This document shows, piece after piece, positions 36,581-48,948 of a stretch of 64,000 nt of DNA (its first letter is position 1; every line of letters starts with the position of its first letter). Location of the stretch: assembly GCA_964016885.1 (NCBI GenBank), contig OZ024752.1:36952001-37016000 (forward strand), read 5' to 3'. Position numbers and translations under genes: made by a program. The DNA is from Eledone cirrhosa (lineage: Eukaryota). The notes under the pieces are model-generated. The model made no database searches, was not told the DNA's origin, and saw only the letters and a program-made list of their open reading frames with translations.

Positions 36581-36627
36581 TGCTCCGAAGAATCCAAACC
36601 TCGGTTTGGAGGAAACAGCTGTAAGCA
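36581..36627 (+). ncRNA. Hammerhead-like motif, variant core
   Basis: TGCT-CCGAAGA-a-TCCAAACC tc GGTTTGGA-g-GAAA-CAGCTG-TA-AGCA; U4->C change and A.G mismatch at the base of stem II. Confidence 0.6.
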
Positions 36628-36667
36628 CAATAATGTTTTGAACAGTTCTTTGATTCTTATATTTCAT

Positions 36668-36698
<31 letters not shown>

Positions 36699-37315
36699 TC
36701 AAATGCGAGTAGGACCTATAGAGGTGGTTGATAGCTTCCGATACCTAGGTGATCAGATTAGTAAGAGAGGAGGGTGCTTTGAGGCCATAGTTTCCAGAAT
36801 AAGGACGGGCTGGAAGAAGTTTAGGGAGCTGCTTCCTCTGTTGACAAAGAAGGGTTATATGATGCCTGTGTGAGATGCGTGATGCTGCATGGTAGTAAGA
36901 TATGAGCAGCAACTGTGGATGATATGCGACAGCTGGAGAGAAATGAAGCAAGCATGCTCTGTTGGATGTGTAATGTCAATGTGCGTGAGTGACCAAGTAT
37001 AGATGAGTTGAGAGAGAAACTGTGTATAAGAGGGATAGGCTGTAGTGTGCGGGAGAGAAGACTGCGTTGGTATGGACATGTGATGCGCATGGACGATGAC
37101 CGCTGGGTGAAGAAGTGCCAAGAAATCCCAATAGAAGGAAGACTCAGTAGAGGAAGATCACGAAAAACATGGGCGGAGGTGATGAGCGCAGACCTCAGAT
37201 CACTGAAGCTCACAGAGATGACGACGAAGGACCATGACGAATGGAGAGATGCCATGCTTAATAAGACCCATCCCACCCTTGCAAGCAAGGAAAAGCGGAC
37301 ATAAAATGATGATGA
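36699..37315 (+). mobile_element. RTE-clade LINE 3' fragment; other remnants ~830-1330(-), 17270-17490(-), 25060-25296(-), 32115-32430(-), 43547-43770(-), 58600-58990(+), 61860-62100(-)
   Basis: EVVDSFRYLGD...RIRTGWKKFRELLPLL...RRLRWYGHVMRM...RGRSRKTW; (GAT)n tail. Confidence 0.92.
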
Positions 37316-38318
37316 TATATATATGTATGACATATTGTCTATTGCTCTACATGGCTGAATACAATAAATGTAATCTGAGTTTTTCAAATATTAATAATAA
37401 TAGTCGATTCGTTTGCTATTATGCAAACAGCCTCTTTAAAGCCATGTCAGTAGAATGACCCCCTCATTCTTGCTCTTGTATTGGCATGTAAACAGAAATG
37501 TTCCTGAGTGATTACCCTTCATCAGTGCAGTATACTGCTTACCTGCCAACTGTCAGAGCTAGTGAAAATATATATTTTCTAAAATATACAGTGACTGATC
37601 GGCCTGATTTGCATATTAGTAGCCCCCCTCCTTCATATATATATAAAGAATAAAACCAACCAGGATTAAATTACATTAAATTATTTAATTGATTTACGAA
37701 TGTTTCTTTCAATACAGTAAAAAATTCCATTTTTTTCCCTCAGTACTGATTTCCTCAGAATCCATTAAACATCATAAATAACATAATTATTTACCAACGA
37801 ACATCAAGGAATCGAACCCCATATCTCCCAGATACCAGCTAGGTGCTTTAAACCATTAAGCCAAGAGACTGTGACCACTCTTACTGTCTTAAATTAGATA
37901 GTTGAATCACAGATTTTAAATTTAAATCTTTAACATTCACATTACTCTATATATACTATTGTACTTTCACAGTAAAGGTTTTACCTCACATAATATCTCA
38001 CATAATATTGAATCTCTGAGATTTTGATATTATTTATTTTGAGAAAAATACCTTAACATAAGTATGAGTAGCCAATTATGGTTGGTTTGAACATAAAGAG
38101 GTGAGAGAATTCTGGCTGGATATGACTAGTTTAAATGCTAAAAGGTTAAACAAACATTGTGTATACGTAGCTGATCTCTCGGACTTTTACAAAGTTTTGA
38201 GGGGATAAAGTTTCATATAAATAATGGTGTGCTCATGTGCAGAGCTGCTAGAAAATAGGGTGAAGACTCTTGAGTTAAGGTTTTTCTTTAGAGTAAATCA
38301 TTATTTTCTCTATTTCAG

Positions 38319-38361
38319 GCATTTGATAAAACAGGGTCACCAACTTTGACGACAAATCGAA
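38319..38361 (+). CDS. aGPCR exon, C-tail (AFDKTGSPTLTTNR)
   Basis: tttcag/gtaagt, phase 0-1. Confidence 0.7.
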
Positions 38362-38863
38362 GTAAGTTATTTCTTTTCTGTTTCCTTGTACACCAGAAAA
38401 TAAAATTGAGTTGAAACATGTAAAATGTTAACAATTAATCGTTAGAGGAAATTCTGTGGTCATACTTATTGAAACATTGGTAGACGAAAGTGTGTATGTG
38501 TGAGGGGGGGGGGGTATGATTGTGTGGTTAAGAAGTTAACTTCGCATAAACATTGTTCTATAGTCAACTGGTTTCTACTATAACTTTTGAGTTGATTAAT
38601 ACTCTATGAGGGTGTGAATGAAATTAGGTTTATGGAAACTTTGCAGAAGCCTGTTTTTGTGTGTGAGTGTATTTACATGTTGAACAAAAATACATGGTAT
38701 TTAGGTCTCACTAAGTTATCTCCCTTTACACCAAGGATAAATTGCTTTTCACTGTTCTCTAAAGTTGAAGTTGATAATATAAGTAATAGACAATAAAAGT
38801 ATTTGACTAAAACCTTTAAAGGTTAATATCCCTGCAGGGTGTTAACCCAATAACTAAAGCTAG

Positions 38864-38900
<37 letters not shown>

Positions 38901-39638
38901 AAAAAGTTTAACCCCAACGGCAGAGCTCAAGCCGTTTCGACGGTTATTTCTGGACTCTATATGATATATATATATATATATACTCTAGATGATATATATA
39001 TATATATCATCATCACCATCACCATTTAACATCAATTTTCCTGCAGACAAGCTGCTCCATTGTGAGACAAGCCAAGTTAGATGATCATGTCTTGCTCATA
39101 CAAAACTAAATTTGGCTTGGTTTTTATGGCTGGATACCCTTCCTATCTCCAACCACATTTATAGCATGTGGTGGGTGCTTTTTTGTCATGACACTTATAT
39201 GACCATTTTACAGAGTGGACTGGGCACTTTTTGTCGTGACATATACACAAGCACTTTACAGAGTGAACAGGGTGCGTTTTGTTGTGTCGCGGAAAGTACT
39301 GAGTGTAGTTTATTGTGACTCCAACATTAGAGAGCTTGTTATATCCACTGCAATAATGCTGGAACCAAATAAACATTTGGAGAATAATAATAGACTTGGA
39401 AAAAAGAATAGCAAAAAAATTGAAATAAAAATAATCAAAATATTTTCTTAAATATATTGTGACATATAGATCCATATGAACAAGTAGTCGTCTCCAGACA
39501 TGACTTGTCTCATAACATAACAACCCATCTAACCCATGCAAGCGTGGAATGATGATGGTGGCGGTGATGGTGATAATGGTGATGTTCTCTAATTTAAATG
39601 TTATCTTTCTTCTCTAATAATATCTTTTTTTTTTTCAG

Positions 39639-39739
39639 GTATGGATAACTTATCACTTCCTTATCCTCAAACATTGGGAATCTTCCAGTCTCGAAAATCT
39701 CAAGATTTATTAGTTCCTCCAAGGAATGGTGCATGGTAG
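39639..39739 (+). CDS. aGPCR last coding exon (SMDNLSLPYPQTLGIFQSRKSQDLLVPPRNGAW*)
   Basis: Strong poly-T cag acceptor, phase 1, open to TAG. Confidence 0.7.
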
Positions 39740-41825
39740 AAGATAAACTAGAGAGAGAAACCTTCAGAGTTGTCCTTACCATCATTAAAACATTTTTTTT
39801 GTTTATTTAAGATATTTACAATGACTATTCATTAATCATCCAAGATCAGTATTTACATGAACATCTTTCATCCAACACAGAACAAATTCTTTTATTTGTG
39901 ATTTCCATTAAAAAAAAAAAAAAATCTTTCACCTTTTAACATTCTGAAACGATTTAGCAGAAAATATCATATTTGACAGCTTATAAAATGACCACAATTA
40001 TGAGTTTAATCCTTTAGCATTTACATTACTCTATATTTACTCTTGTATTATCACGATAAGCACCTTATTTCACATAATATTGAATCTATGAGATTTTGAT
40101 ATTATTTATTTTGAGAACAATACCTTAACATCCTATGACCAGCCAGTTATGGCTGGTCTGAAGAGAAAGATGTGAGAGAATTCTGGCCAGATAAGGCCAG
40201 TTTAAACTATGAATGTCAAGTGAAGGCTATAAAGTTTGTACATGGTATTTTTTATTATCATTCAACATTGTAATTCTAGTTGTAATATTTTAGCACATTT
40301 TTAAAACATAAGGAAGTGTGAAAATTTAGTTTAAGGACCACTGCAGCACTAGAACTCTACTAGCCAGTAACCCAAACTTACCTTTGACCTTATAAGATGC
40401 AGGATGATTTTCTAGGATTTTTAAAGTGTGCCTTATAAGTCGTTAAATATGGTTTCTAAAAATGGGTTTGATAATCCAAATGTTTATAGTATCTTTACTA
40501 CTGGACAGATTGTAATTATCTCTTAACATCCTGTAATGATTTAGCAGAAAATAACTAAAAATGAGTGTAATAATTCAAATATTTATAGTATCGTTACTAG
40601 TGAATAAATTAATGTATGTAAGATTTCACAGCTCTAGCATCATTCCTTCATAATCAGCCCATCCTCGTAGGCTCGAGAGAGAGAGAGAGGGGGTACTCTC
40701 TGGTATGCAGGATCACAGGTGCTGGTCGCCTTGTGGTCCAAGTGGACAGAATGGAGAAAGTGTTGCCCTAGATGATAGCAAGGGAGATAAGTTGTTGACA
40801 ACTTTGAAGTTACTAATTAACCTCTTCAGTGCTGTAGACGAGATAACTCGTACTAACATGTATGCATTCCAGTGCCATGGACGAGATAACTAGTCCTAAC
40901 ACCTTTGAACTCGTTTCCAACAGTTCATAACTTCAAAGCTAGAGGGGGTTGCTAGCTTATTGATGTGACATTTGTCAATCAAAATATTCATTTTACTGAA
41001 AAAAACAATCCGGCACAGCAACTGTAGCTGTGTAAAATATACGCAGCTTAATAAAGACTCTGTGATGGACTGACGTCCTGTCCAGGGGGAGGAGTGTCTT
41101 GTAATCTCAGTTGCTTCACGCCACAAAACCGGGATAGGCACTGGTCTGATGAGTCTCCTGGCTTGAGACAAACTTTAGACAAGAATTAATGAAGAACATA
41201 CAGAATATTTGAAATTTGAGATTTATTTTCAATTGTCAGACATATATAATATTCATATATTGTCAGGTGTGTATAATACTCATATATACATTATCAATTA
41301 TAAATACTTTATTAAATAATGATAATTTCAAAGTATATGTACAAAATAAGAGTTTATTATAATTTATTTTGTTGAACAAATAAAAAGTGAAAAAATTTTT
41401 TTTACATATTTTAGTATTTTTATTTTTTTATATAAATCACGTTTAATACATTACCAATGCTTATGGTGGTTATTATTGTAAAGAATATCATTTATGGGTG
41501 TTTTGTTTCTGATATTGCAGTTTGATAATATATTTCATTTATTTATTTATTCATTGTACATTCTTCACAGCTGTATGAGGGTCAGCTGAAAAGTTCATAC
41601 GCTGACTATGAAAGAGTATTGTTTAAAGCTAAAGTCTTTGGTAGAATGTCTAGTTGTGTTTCAGGAATTCATCTCTGACCCACTGAGATTCTTTATAAAA
41701 TATTGGATCACCTAGTTTGAGAGCAGTCCGTTTGTAAAAGTAGTAATAAAATATAGCACCTACAAAAAGGTTAAAAATATTTTGTTAGTAAATTGAGAGA
41801 TATTCCATCACAAATTATATATAGA

Positions 41826-42646
41826 TGTATTTTGAATTTTAAACGTGTCTAGGTACCAAGGATTTTTGCCCATATGAGTCTGTGAGTATTGATTTATTAT
41901 TTTTTAGATCGTACAGGCAGACTTTATGTTGTTGAATTAAGATTTTTCACTCTAGCAATCTTATTAGTCAATTGCAATTAAAACATGTAAATGTTCATCA
42001 AATATTAATTTATACTGCTCAGAAGCGATTCCTAGAGCTGAAATGATTGTAAATGACCCCATTGAGTCTAAACTCTAAGCTATTTATCACTGCTCCCCCA
42101 GGTGAGCTGAATTTTGTAATCCCATATAAACGGCTGTTATTTCTAGCACTATGTGTGGGACGTTAGAGGACTGGAATAAGCCGTGTGCAAAACCTCGTGT
42201 ATTTTCGCTACGCTAACTAGACCTTAGATATTTTTCTGAGGTAGAGTTATTTTATTTTATCTGGGTACCTATTGATAAACACAGAAAAAGTTGATTAACT
42301 CACTGCTAATTAGTTAATTATTTTACTATTATACCATCCTTTGTGAAACATGTTTGAAGTTTGAAGTTCTGACCGATCTGCGGAAAAAATTTGTATTTTG
42401 AATTTTAAACGTGTCTAGGTACCAAGGCTTTTTGCCCATATGAGTCTGTGAGTATTGATTTATTATTTTTTAGATCGTACAGGCAGACCTTATGTTGTTG
42501 AATTAAGATTTTTCACTCTAGCGATCTTATTAGTCAATTGCAATTAAAACATGTAAATGTTTATCAAATATTAATTTATACTGCTCAGAAGCGATTCCTA
42601 GAGCTGAAATGATTGTAAATGACCCCATTGAGTCTAAACTCTAAGC

Positions 42647-42653
<7 letters not shown>
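41826..42653. repeat. 262-bp near-identical direct repeats (41826-42087, 42392-42653)
   Basis: Offset 566 bp, few substitutions. Confidence 0.93.
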
Positions 42654-42705
<52 letters not shown>

Positions 42706-45700
42706 TATCTTTATTTTATTATAGAAATAACTTCTACGGGACTAGAACTGTTTCATTCAAAAGAAGAAAAATATATACATATATATAGAGAGATAGAAAG
42801 TGCACAGGGGTGGGTGTTATGACTTTCTATGGCTGGATGCCCTTCCTAACACCAACCACTTTACAGCGTATACTGGGTGTGTTTGTAGTGTAGATCACCA
42901 ACACTAGAGAGGCTGCCATTTCTTTGCCATGACTGAAGGGTCCTTTCAACCCTTTGTTTGGCAGGCTTTCTATGGCTGGATGCCCTTCCTATTACCAACC
43001 ACTTTACAGTGTATTTATCTAACTGTAACTCTTTGTCAAGTCATGTTCCAAACATCAGCTTAATGACAAAAAAATTATTTTACAAAATCCTTCAAAATTC
43101 TTGATTATTTAAAAGAATTAATAGAGAATCATGGGCAGAAATCTTATTTTATGAGGAATATGGCAATGAAAAGGTTAAAGGTCTATAAAATATGAATTAA
43201 CAAATGGACGAGGGCTAAAGTTGTGACCGGGTGGGATGGGCGGCATCTATCTATGTTTGGAAAGATGCTACAGATAGAGGAAATACTAAATTGTTTCTCA
43301 GTGATGACTGCATACGTACATATACGCACATACCCAAACACACACACACAGGCAGCTACACAGCATCTTATATATTTCAATGTTACTTACTACATCTCTG
43401 GATAACATACATCACTTGGACACCACTGGTATTCCAGACATACTCTTTAACATTCTTCCATCGGAGATTCTGTTGGGATAGAAATAGAAATTATGAAGAT
43501 TTATGGAGAATGGTAAACAATATTCTGTGAGACTAAACATGCTTTATCATCATCATCATCATCATTTTACGTCCGATTTTCCCTGCTTGCAAGGGTGGGG
43601 ACGGGTCTTATTCAGCACAGCATCTCTCCACTTGTCACGGTCCTTCGTCATCTCCACCGTGAGTTTCAGTGATCTGAGGTCTGTTCTCACCACCTCCGCC
43701 CATGTTTTTCATGGTCTACCTCTACCACGTCTTCCTTCAACTGGCACTTCTTCACCCATCGGTCATTTATCATTATTTGTAAATTAATTGTGTGGATTGG
43801 CAGAACCGGTAGAGCGACGGACAACATGCTTTGCTGCATATAGCTACATCCCTTTACATTTTGAGTTTGAATCCCGTCGAGGTTAGTTTTGCCTTTCATC
43901 CTTAAGGGGTCGATGAAATAAGGCACTGAGGTCGATTTGATTGATTTTCCCCATCTCCCGAAAATTGTTGGCCTTGTACCTAAACCAGAAACCATTATTT
44001 ATAAATTAATTGGCAGTGGATTGGCAGTGTCGGTAGAGGGTCGGATGCTATGCTCTTCAGCAAAGAGTTGCGGCCCTTTAAGGTGTGAGTTCAAATCCTG
44101 CCGAGGTTAACTTTGCCTTTCATCCTTACGGGGTCGATAAAATAAAGTACCAGTAATACACTGGGATAATTGCTGCCCTTGTGCCAAAAGTAGAAACAAT
44201 TATTACAGGGTCGATAAAATAAAGTACCAGTAATACACTGGGTAATTGCTGCCCTTGTGCCAAAAGTAGAAACAATGTGTTGTTATTTTAATTTTATCCT
44301 TTATACTCTTCCTTTCTTTCTTCTACACATTTACACATCTTATACACACCACGCATCTCAATGTACACCCACTTACATCTCTCTCTCTCCACCACCGGAT
44401 CTTGTTACCCGGAGATTTACCCATTTGCATTGTCGAGGCTTCCAAACGACTTAAAGATAATTATTTATAAATTAATTCTTCAACAAAAACCTAAAACTAA
44501 TTCAATAACAAAGAGAAATACAAACACTTACCATAATCCAGCTATTTAGAATTGTACAAAGCATCAAGTAGATGAATGTAACAATAATGGTTATTTTGAA
44601 TTGGTGAACCATTAATCTAATTAAACCAGCTTGGAAGGTAAATGTACTGAAGAACATCAGGAATACAATAATCAATGCGAACATGATGGCAACTGACTGG
44701 ATTCTGGAAGTAGATGAGGAAACAGTTTTATTTTATTTATGTAACCCTTTAGCATTTACATATGGAGGCACATGGCTTAGTGGTTAGAGCATTGGCCTTG
44801 CAATCGAAAAGTTGTGAGTTCAATTCTCAGACCGGGTGATGTGTTGTTTCCTTGAGCAAGACACTTTATTTTACATTGCTCCAGTTTACTCAGCTGTAGA
44901 AATGAGATGATAGGGACTGGGGTTGGGGTCCCTATCATTCCACTGCAAAGTGGTCGTGGAGGTGCCACGGCAAAAAAAAGCACCCAGCACTCACTGTAAA
45001 TGAGGTTGGTGTTAGGAAGGGCATCCAGCTGTAGAAATCAAGCCAGAATCAGTTCCCATCCCACCCTTGCAAGCAGGGAAAAGCAGACGTATGATGATGA
45101 TGATGATGATGAATTACTCTATATTTACTATTATTTTCATGGTTAAAACTTTACCTCACATAATATTGAATCTGAGATTTTGATATCATATTTTTGAGGG
45201 CAATACCTTAACATAAGTATGAGCAACCGGTTATGGCCAGTTTGAACAGATAGAGGTGAGAGAATTCTGGGCGGATATGGCTGGTTTAAATGCTAAAGGG
45301 TTAACACAACCGTGTCTATTGAAGGTCAGGAAACAGTTTTATTTTATTTTATTTAACTCTTTAGCATTTACATTACTCTCATCATCATCATCATCATCAT
45401 CATCATCACCGTTTTACGTCCATTCTTCAACGCTAGCATGGGTTAGATATTTACTATTGTATTTTCATGGTAAATACTTTATCTCACATAATATTGAATG
45501 TATGAGATTTTGATATTTATTTTGAGAGCAATACCTTAACATAAATATGAGCAGCCGGTTATGGCCAGTTTGAACAGATAGAGATGAGAGAATTCTGGCC
45601 GGATACAGCCGGTTTAAATGTTAAAGAGTTAATCAATCAACTTCAAGAGTTAATCAATCAATCTTAACTTCATTTTCTGGTGTTATTGACAATCTATTTA

Positions 45701-46150
45701 TTTAATCAATTTAACCCTTTAGCATTTAAACTGGCTGTATCCGGCCAGAATTCCTTCATCTATTTTTGCTCAAACTGGCTGTAACCGGCCGCTCATACTG
45801 ATGTTAAAGTATTGTTCTCAAAATAAATAACATAAAAATCTCATAGATTCCATATTATGTGAGATAAAGCCTTTACTACAAAAATACAATAGTATATATA
45901 AAGTAATGTAAATGCTAAAGGGTTAAACGTCCTGTTAACTTCATTTTCTAGTGTATACACAAATAGTTCTGTTTTTGAATATAAAATCACTTATATTTTC
46001 TTCAGAAACAAATACAATGTATGTGTGATGGAGTTCTGTATTTACAGTTATTTAAGTTACTAAATAGCTAAAATATTGACAATGTATTTATTTATTTAAT
46101 TAATCAATTCAAACGTCCGTATAGAGCTAGTAAGCCATGACAGACTAAGG

Positions 46151-46329
46151 CAGTGATTCTCAACCAGTGTGCCGCGAGATCTTGCTAAGTACGGCGCAAA
46201 ATTTTTATTTTCGCCATGTTTTTATTTTGTAAAATTCAAATATTTTTCATATATATTTAGCCAGGTGTGCTGCTATTTTTTCATGTGTTCCAAGGTGTGC
46301 CATTGGCAAAGAAAGGTTGAGAACCACTG
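46151..46329. mobile_element. hAT-type MITE
   Basis: TIR cagtgattctcaacc; 8-bp TSD GACTAAGG. Confidence 0.92.
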
Positions 46330-47091
46330 GACTAAGGTAACTGTCTGGTACTTCTTACAGTTGAGAAACAAAAGACAAGATATAGAAGCAATAGACATGA
46401 TGATATGAATGAAATATCCTCCTCATCATCATTTAACATCAGCTTTCCCTGCTAGCAAGGGTTGGATGGGTCTACATAGACCAAGTCAGCACTGAAGTAG
46501 GGTTACTGATCTCCCAGACATGCTGGGGGTCTGCATCTTGCTTACATATGGTCATGAAGATAGTGATATTGTGTATGAAATAAAATCTGTACAGAAGATA
46601 GTGATACCATAACTTACATGTATAGAATTAATAAGACAACATTTTCTAACCTAAGAAGTTCCGTAGCAACATTCATAAAAAAGTCAATGGCAATTAAAAT
46701 GCTCTGAAGTAATAAAATAGCTTTATATCTGGATGTCAACATGATGGCTTGTGAAGCTACAATGAAAAAAAAAAAAAATTAATTTATATAAAAAAGGGGG
46801 AATGTAAAGTTGTGATATCGCTTAGCTCAATGGTTAGAACACTCAGTATTTGAAAGATACGAAGTTTGACTTTTCATAGCAGCTGCTGGCCACATTTTTC
46901 TGTTTTATAGACTACCTTTATTTTACCTGATTTTCTAAACTATTATTTATAGCTATATATTCCTAGGGCAGTGGGGTGGCAGAATCGGTAGAGCGTATAT
47001 TAAATATCAAATAATACATATTATATATAAATATAGTGAAATAAAAAAATATATAATATTTATTTATACATAGTATATATAATATTATTTA

Positions 47092-47430
47092 TCTATATAT
47101 ATATAAAACTGAGGATGCCTGTGTGTGTTTGAATCCCTAAAACTCGAGAAGTACCCAACCGATGTTTTTCAAACTTTACATGTGTATTACTTATGTTTCA
47201 GGGAGTGGTATGCACATTAAAAAATTCCACTTTTTGATCCCCTAGGGCCCGCATTAGGTGAAAAACTGCGTTTTTCCAGCTTTTTAGGTTTTTTTTGAGG
47301 CGTTAAGTCAGACCGATTTCCTTGAAATTGTAACTATGTATTAGTCAGTCTCTTCTTCATACCGTGAGCAAAGAAAATCCATTTTTTTTTATGGCCCGAG
47401 TTAGGTGAAAAACTTCATGTTATATATAAA
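47092..47430 (+). mobile_element. Possible non-autonomous Helitron-like element; second copy 8098-8262 (-)
   Basis: Starts TCTATATATATAAAACTGAGGATG followed by a short (TG)n; ~150 bp nearly identical between the two copies. Confidence 0.55.
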
Positions 47431-48516
47431 TTAGCGATTTTATTTATTATATATTATTTACACTTTGCGTGTAGGCAGGTCTCTCTGGAAATAGGGGTTG
47501 GGTGGGTGTGCTGAGGGTATTACGTGGCTATGAGGGGGACGATGGCCCCCAAAGTTTGAGAACCTCAGGCTTAGATCTGAATATTAGGGTCATGATTTGA
47601 AGCCCTGTGATCTTAGAACCGATCTGGGGTTAAACAATAACACATTCGAAAAACTTTGGTCTAAATGGGAATGGTACACGCTACATATTGGAACGACATT
47701 GTTGATTTGGAGAGAATTTCTTCAGAGCCAGTGAAAGCCGCTTATTATAATCACACTTCTGAAACAGTTATTGTTACAAGATAAGTGGGTCCAAAACATG
47801 TTTAGGGCATTAGTGATATCCTCTGTTTAACTAAATCAACCGATTATTGTTCAATAGTAAGCTACGTTTTAAAGCGATCACAATAAACGGCTTTTCACTG
47901 TATAAGAAATGAAAAAATTGAACTAATTTAAAAAGAATAAACAGAATTAATAAGAAATCTAAAAATGATAGAATAACAAACAATACATTTAAAGTATTTA
48001 CAGAGGGAAATATTTAAACAAAAAAACCATCTGGGAAAAGTTGTTTGGTCGGAAATCTAGAAACATTTCAAAGAAAACTAATAACATTTGAAAACTTTTT
48101 CTTTCCAAAGTATAAGTTATTTACACTGTAAAACTTAATTAGAAGAAGGGAAAACTGAATTTTACTTACATTCATAACAATAAATGAGTTAAGTAAAATA
48201 TTTTAAAAGTTAAGTTACTATTTATGATTATCATATTTGATAAGGAGATCCTATATTGTTTATAGTAACGGGCAATAGGCGGTGATCTTGAAATTAAGAG
48301 CACACTTAATTTAAACTAGTCTTTGTAAAGTTTTCTAGAAAAAGCTGCTTTATGATTTACTTTTAGAATAAAAAAGTATCATATAAATATCGCCATTCAA
48401 TAAAAATAAATAAATTTTCAGAAATTTATTGCGTATACGGTAACAAATATATATTTCAATTAAAGAAATGAACTTAAAAATCAATAGGAACCTAGAAAAC
48501 TATGACACCGTCTAGA

Positions 48517-48692
48517 TCACGTGAGATATCAACAGTGATTGAATGGCGGGAAGTGAAGATGAGAGTTGGTAATAATTCTACAAATGGTATTTACAATGGG
48601 ACCTAAAGAGTTGCTTACAGTGGTGGCATTATAAATGTGTGGAAACAGTGGAGGACACACCTCTTACTGACATTTTATTACACAACTTTGAG
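48517..48692 (+). promoter_or_regulatory. Candidate TUBGCP2 promoter / non-coding first exon
   Basis: TCACGTGA E-box 48517-48524 and ATGGCGGGAAGTG (E2F/ETS/YY1-like) 48543-48555 in unique sequence; GAG|gtatta donor at 48692. The ATG-bearing exon begins at an acceptor (53984), so an upstream exon must exist. Confidence 0.35.
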
Positions 48693-48917
48693 GTATTATT
48701 ATTGTTGTTATTATTATTCATCTTTAGTGACTTTTATTATTTTTATTTCATAATTAAATGTTTTGTTTTTTTCCTCTCTATGAATTCGAGTTACTTTTCA
48801 GATGTTTGGCCAAAACTTGGTTTTTATAAAGCTTTATTCCGTTTCGGTATGAGAATGTCTGCTTTGTTCACACACATCGTCCCGTTTACTCTGGTTATTT
48901 TGTCAGTATCTATGTTA

Positions 48918-48948
<31 letters not shown>

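Larger units (their letters stand above)
35585..36675 (+). mobile_element. Probable Penelope-like retroelement remnant(s) between (TA)n tracts
   Basis: Hammerhead motifs, inverted terminal duplication, weak GIY-YIG-C-terminus-like peptide CRGLCERHIIEIYTP from about 36067; bounded by (TA)n at ~35543-35583 and ~36675-36697. Confidence 0.5.
4667..39739 (+). other. Adhesion GPCR gene (GAIN/GPS + secretin-like 7TM), 5' end outside window or not found
   Basis: Consecutive GT-AG exons join with consistent phases into one ORF. Contains GPS (CAYW...WKTDGC...TECVCNHLTSFAILM), seven hydrophobic segments with aGPCR signatures (NLC, LLHYFYL..MLAEG, WGLP, GYG..CWL, GP, PILGFTW, SLQG.LIFLLHC) and stop TAG 39737-39739. 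Subfamily not assignable by eye. Confidence 0.95.
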
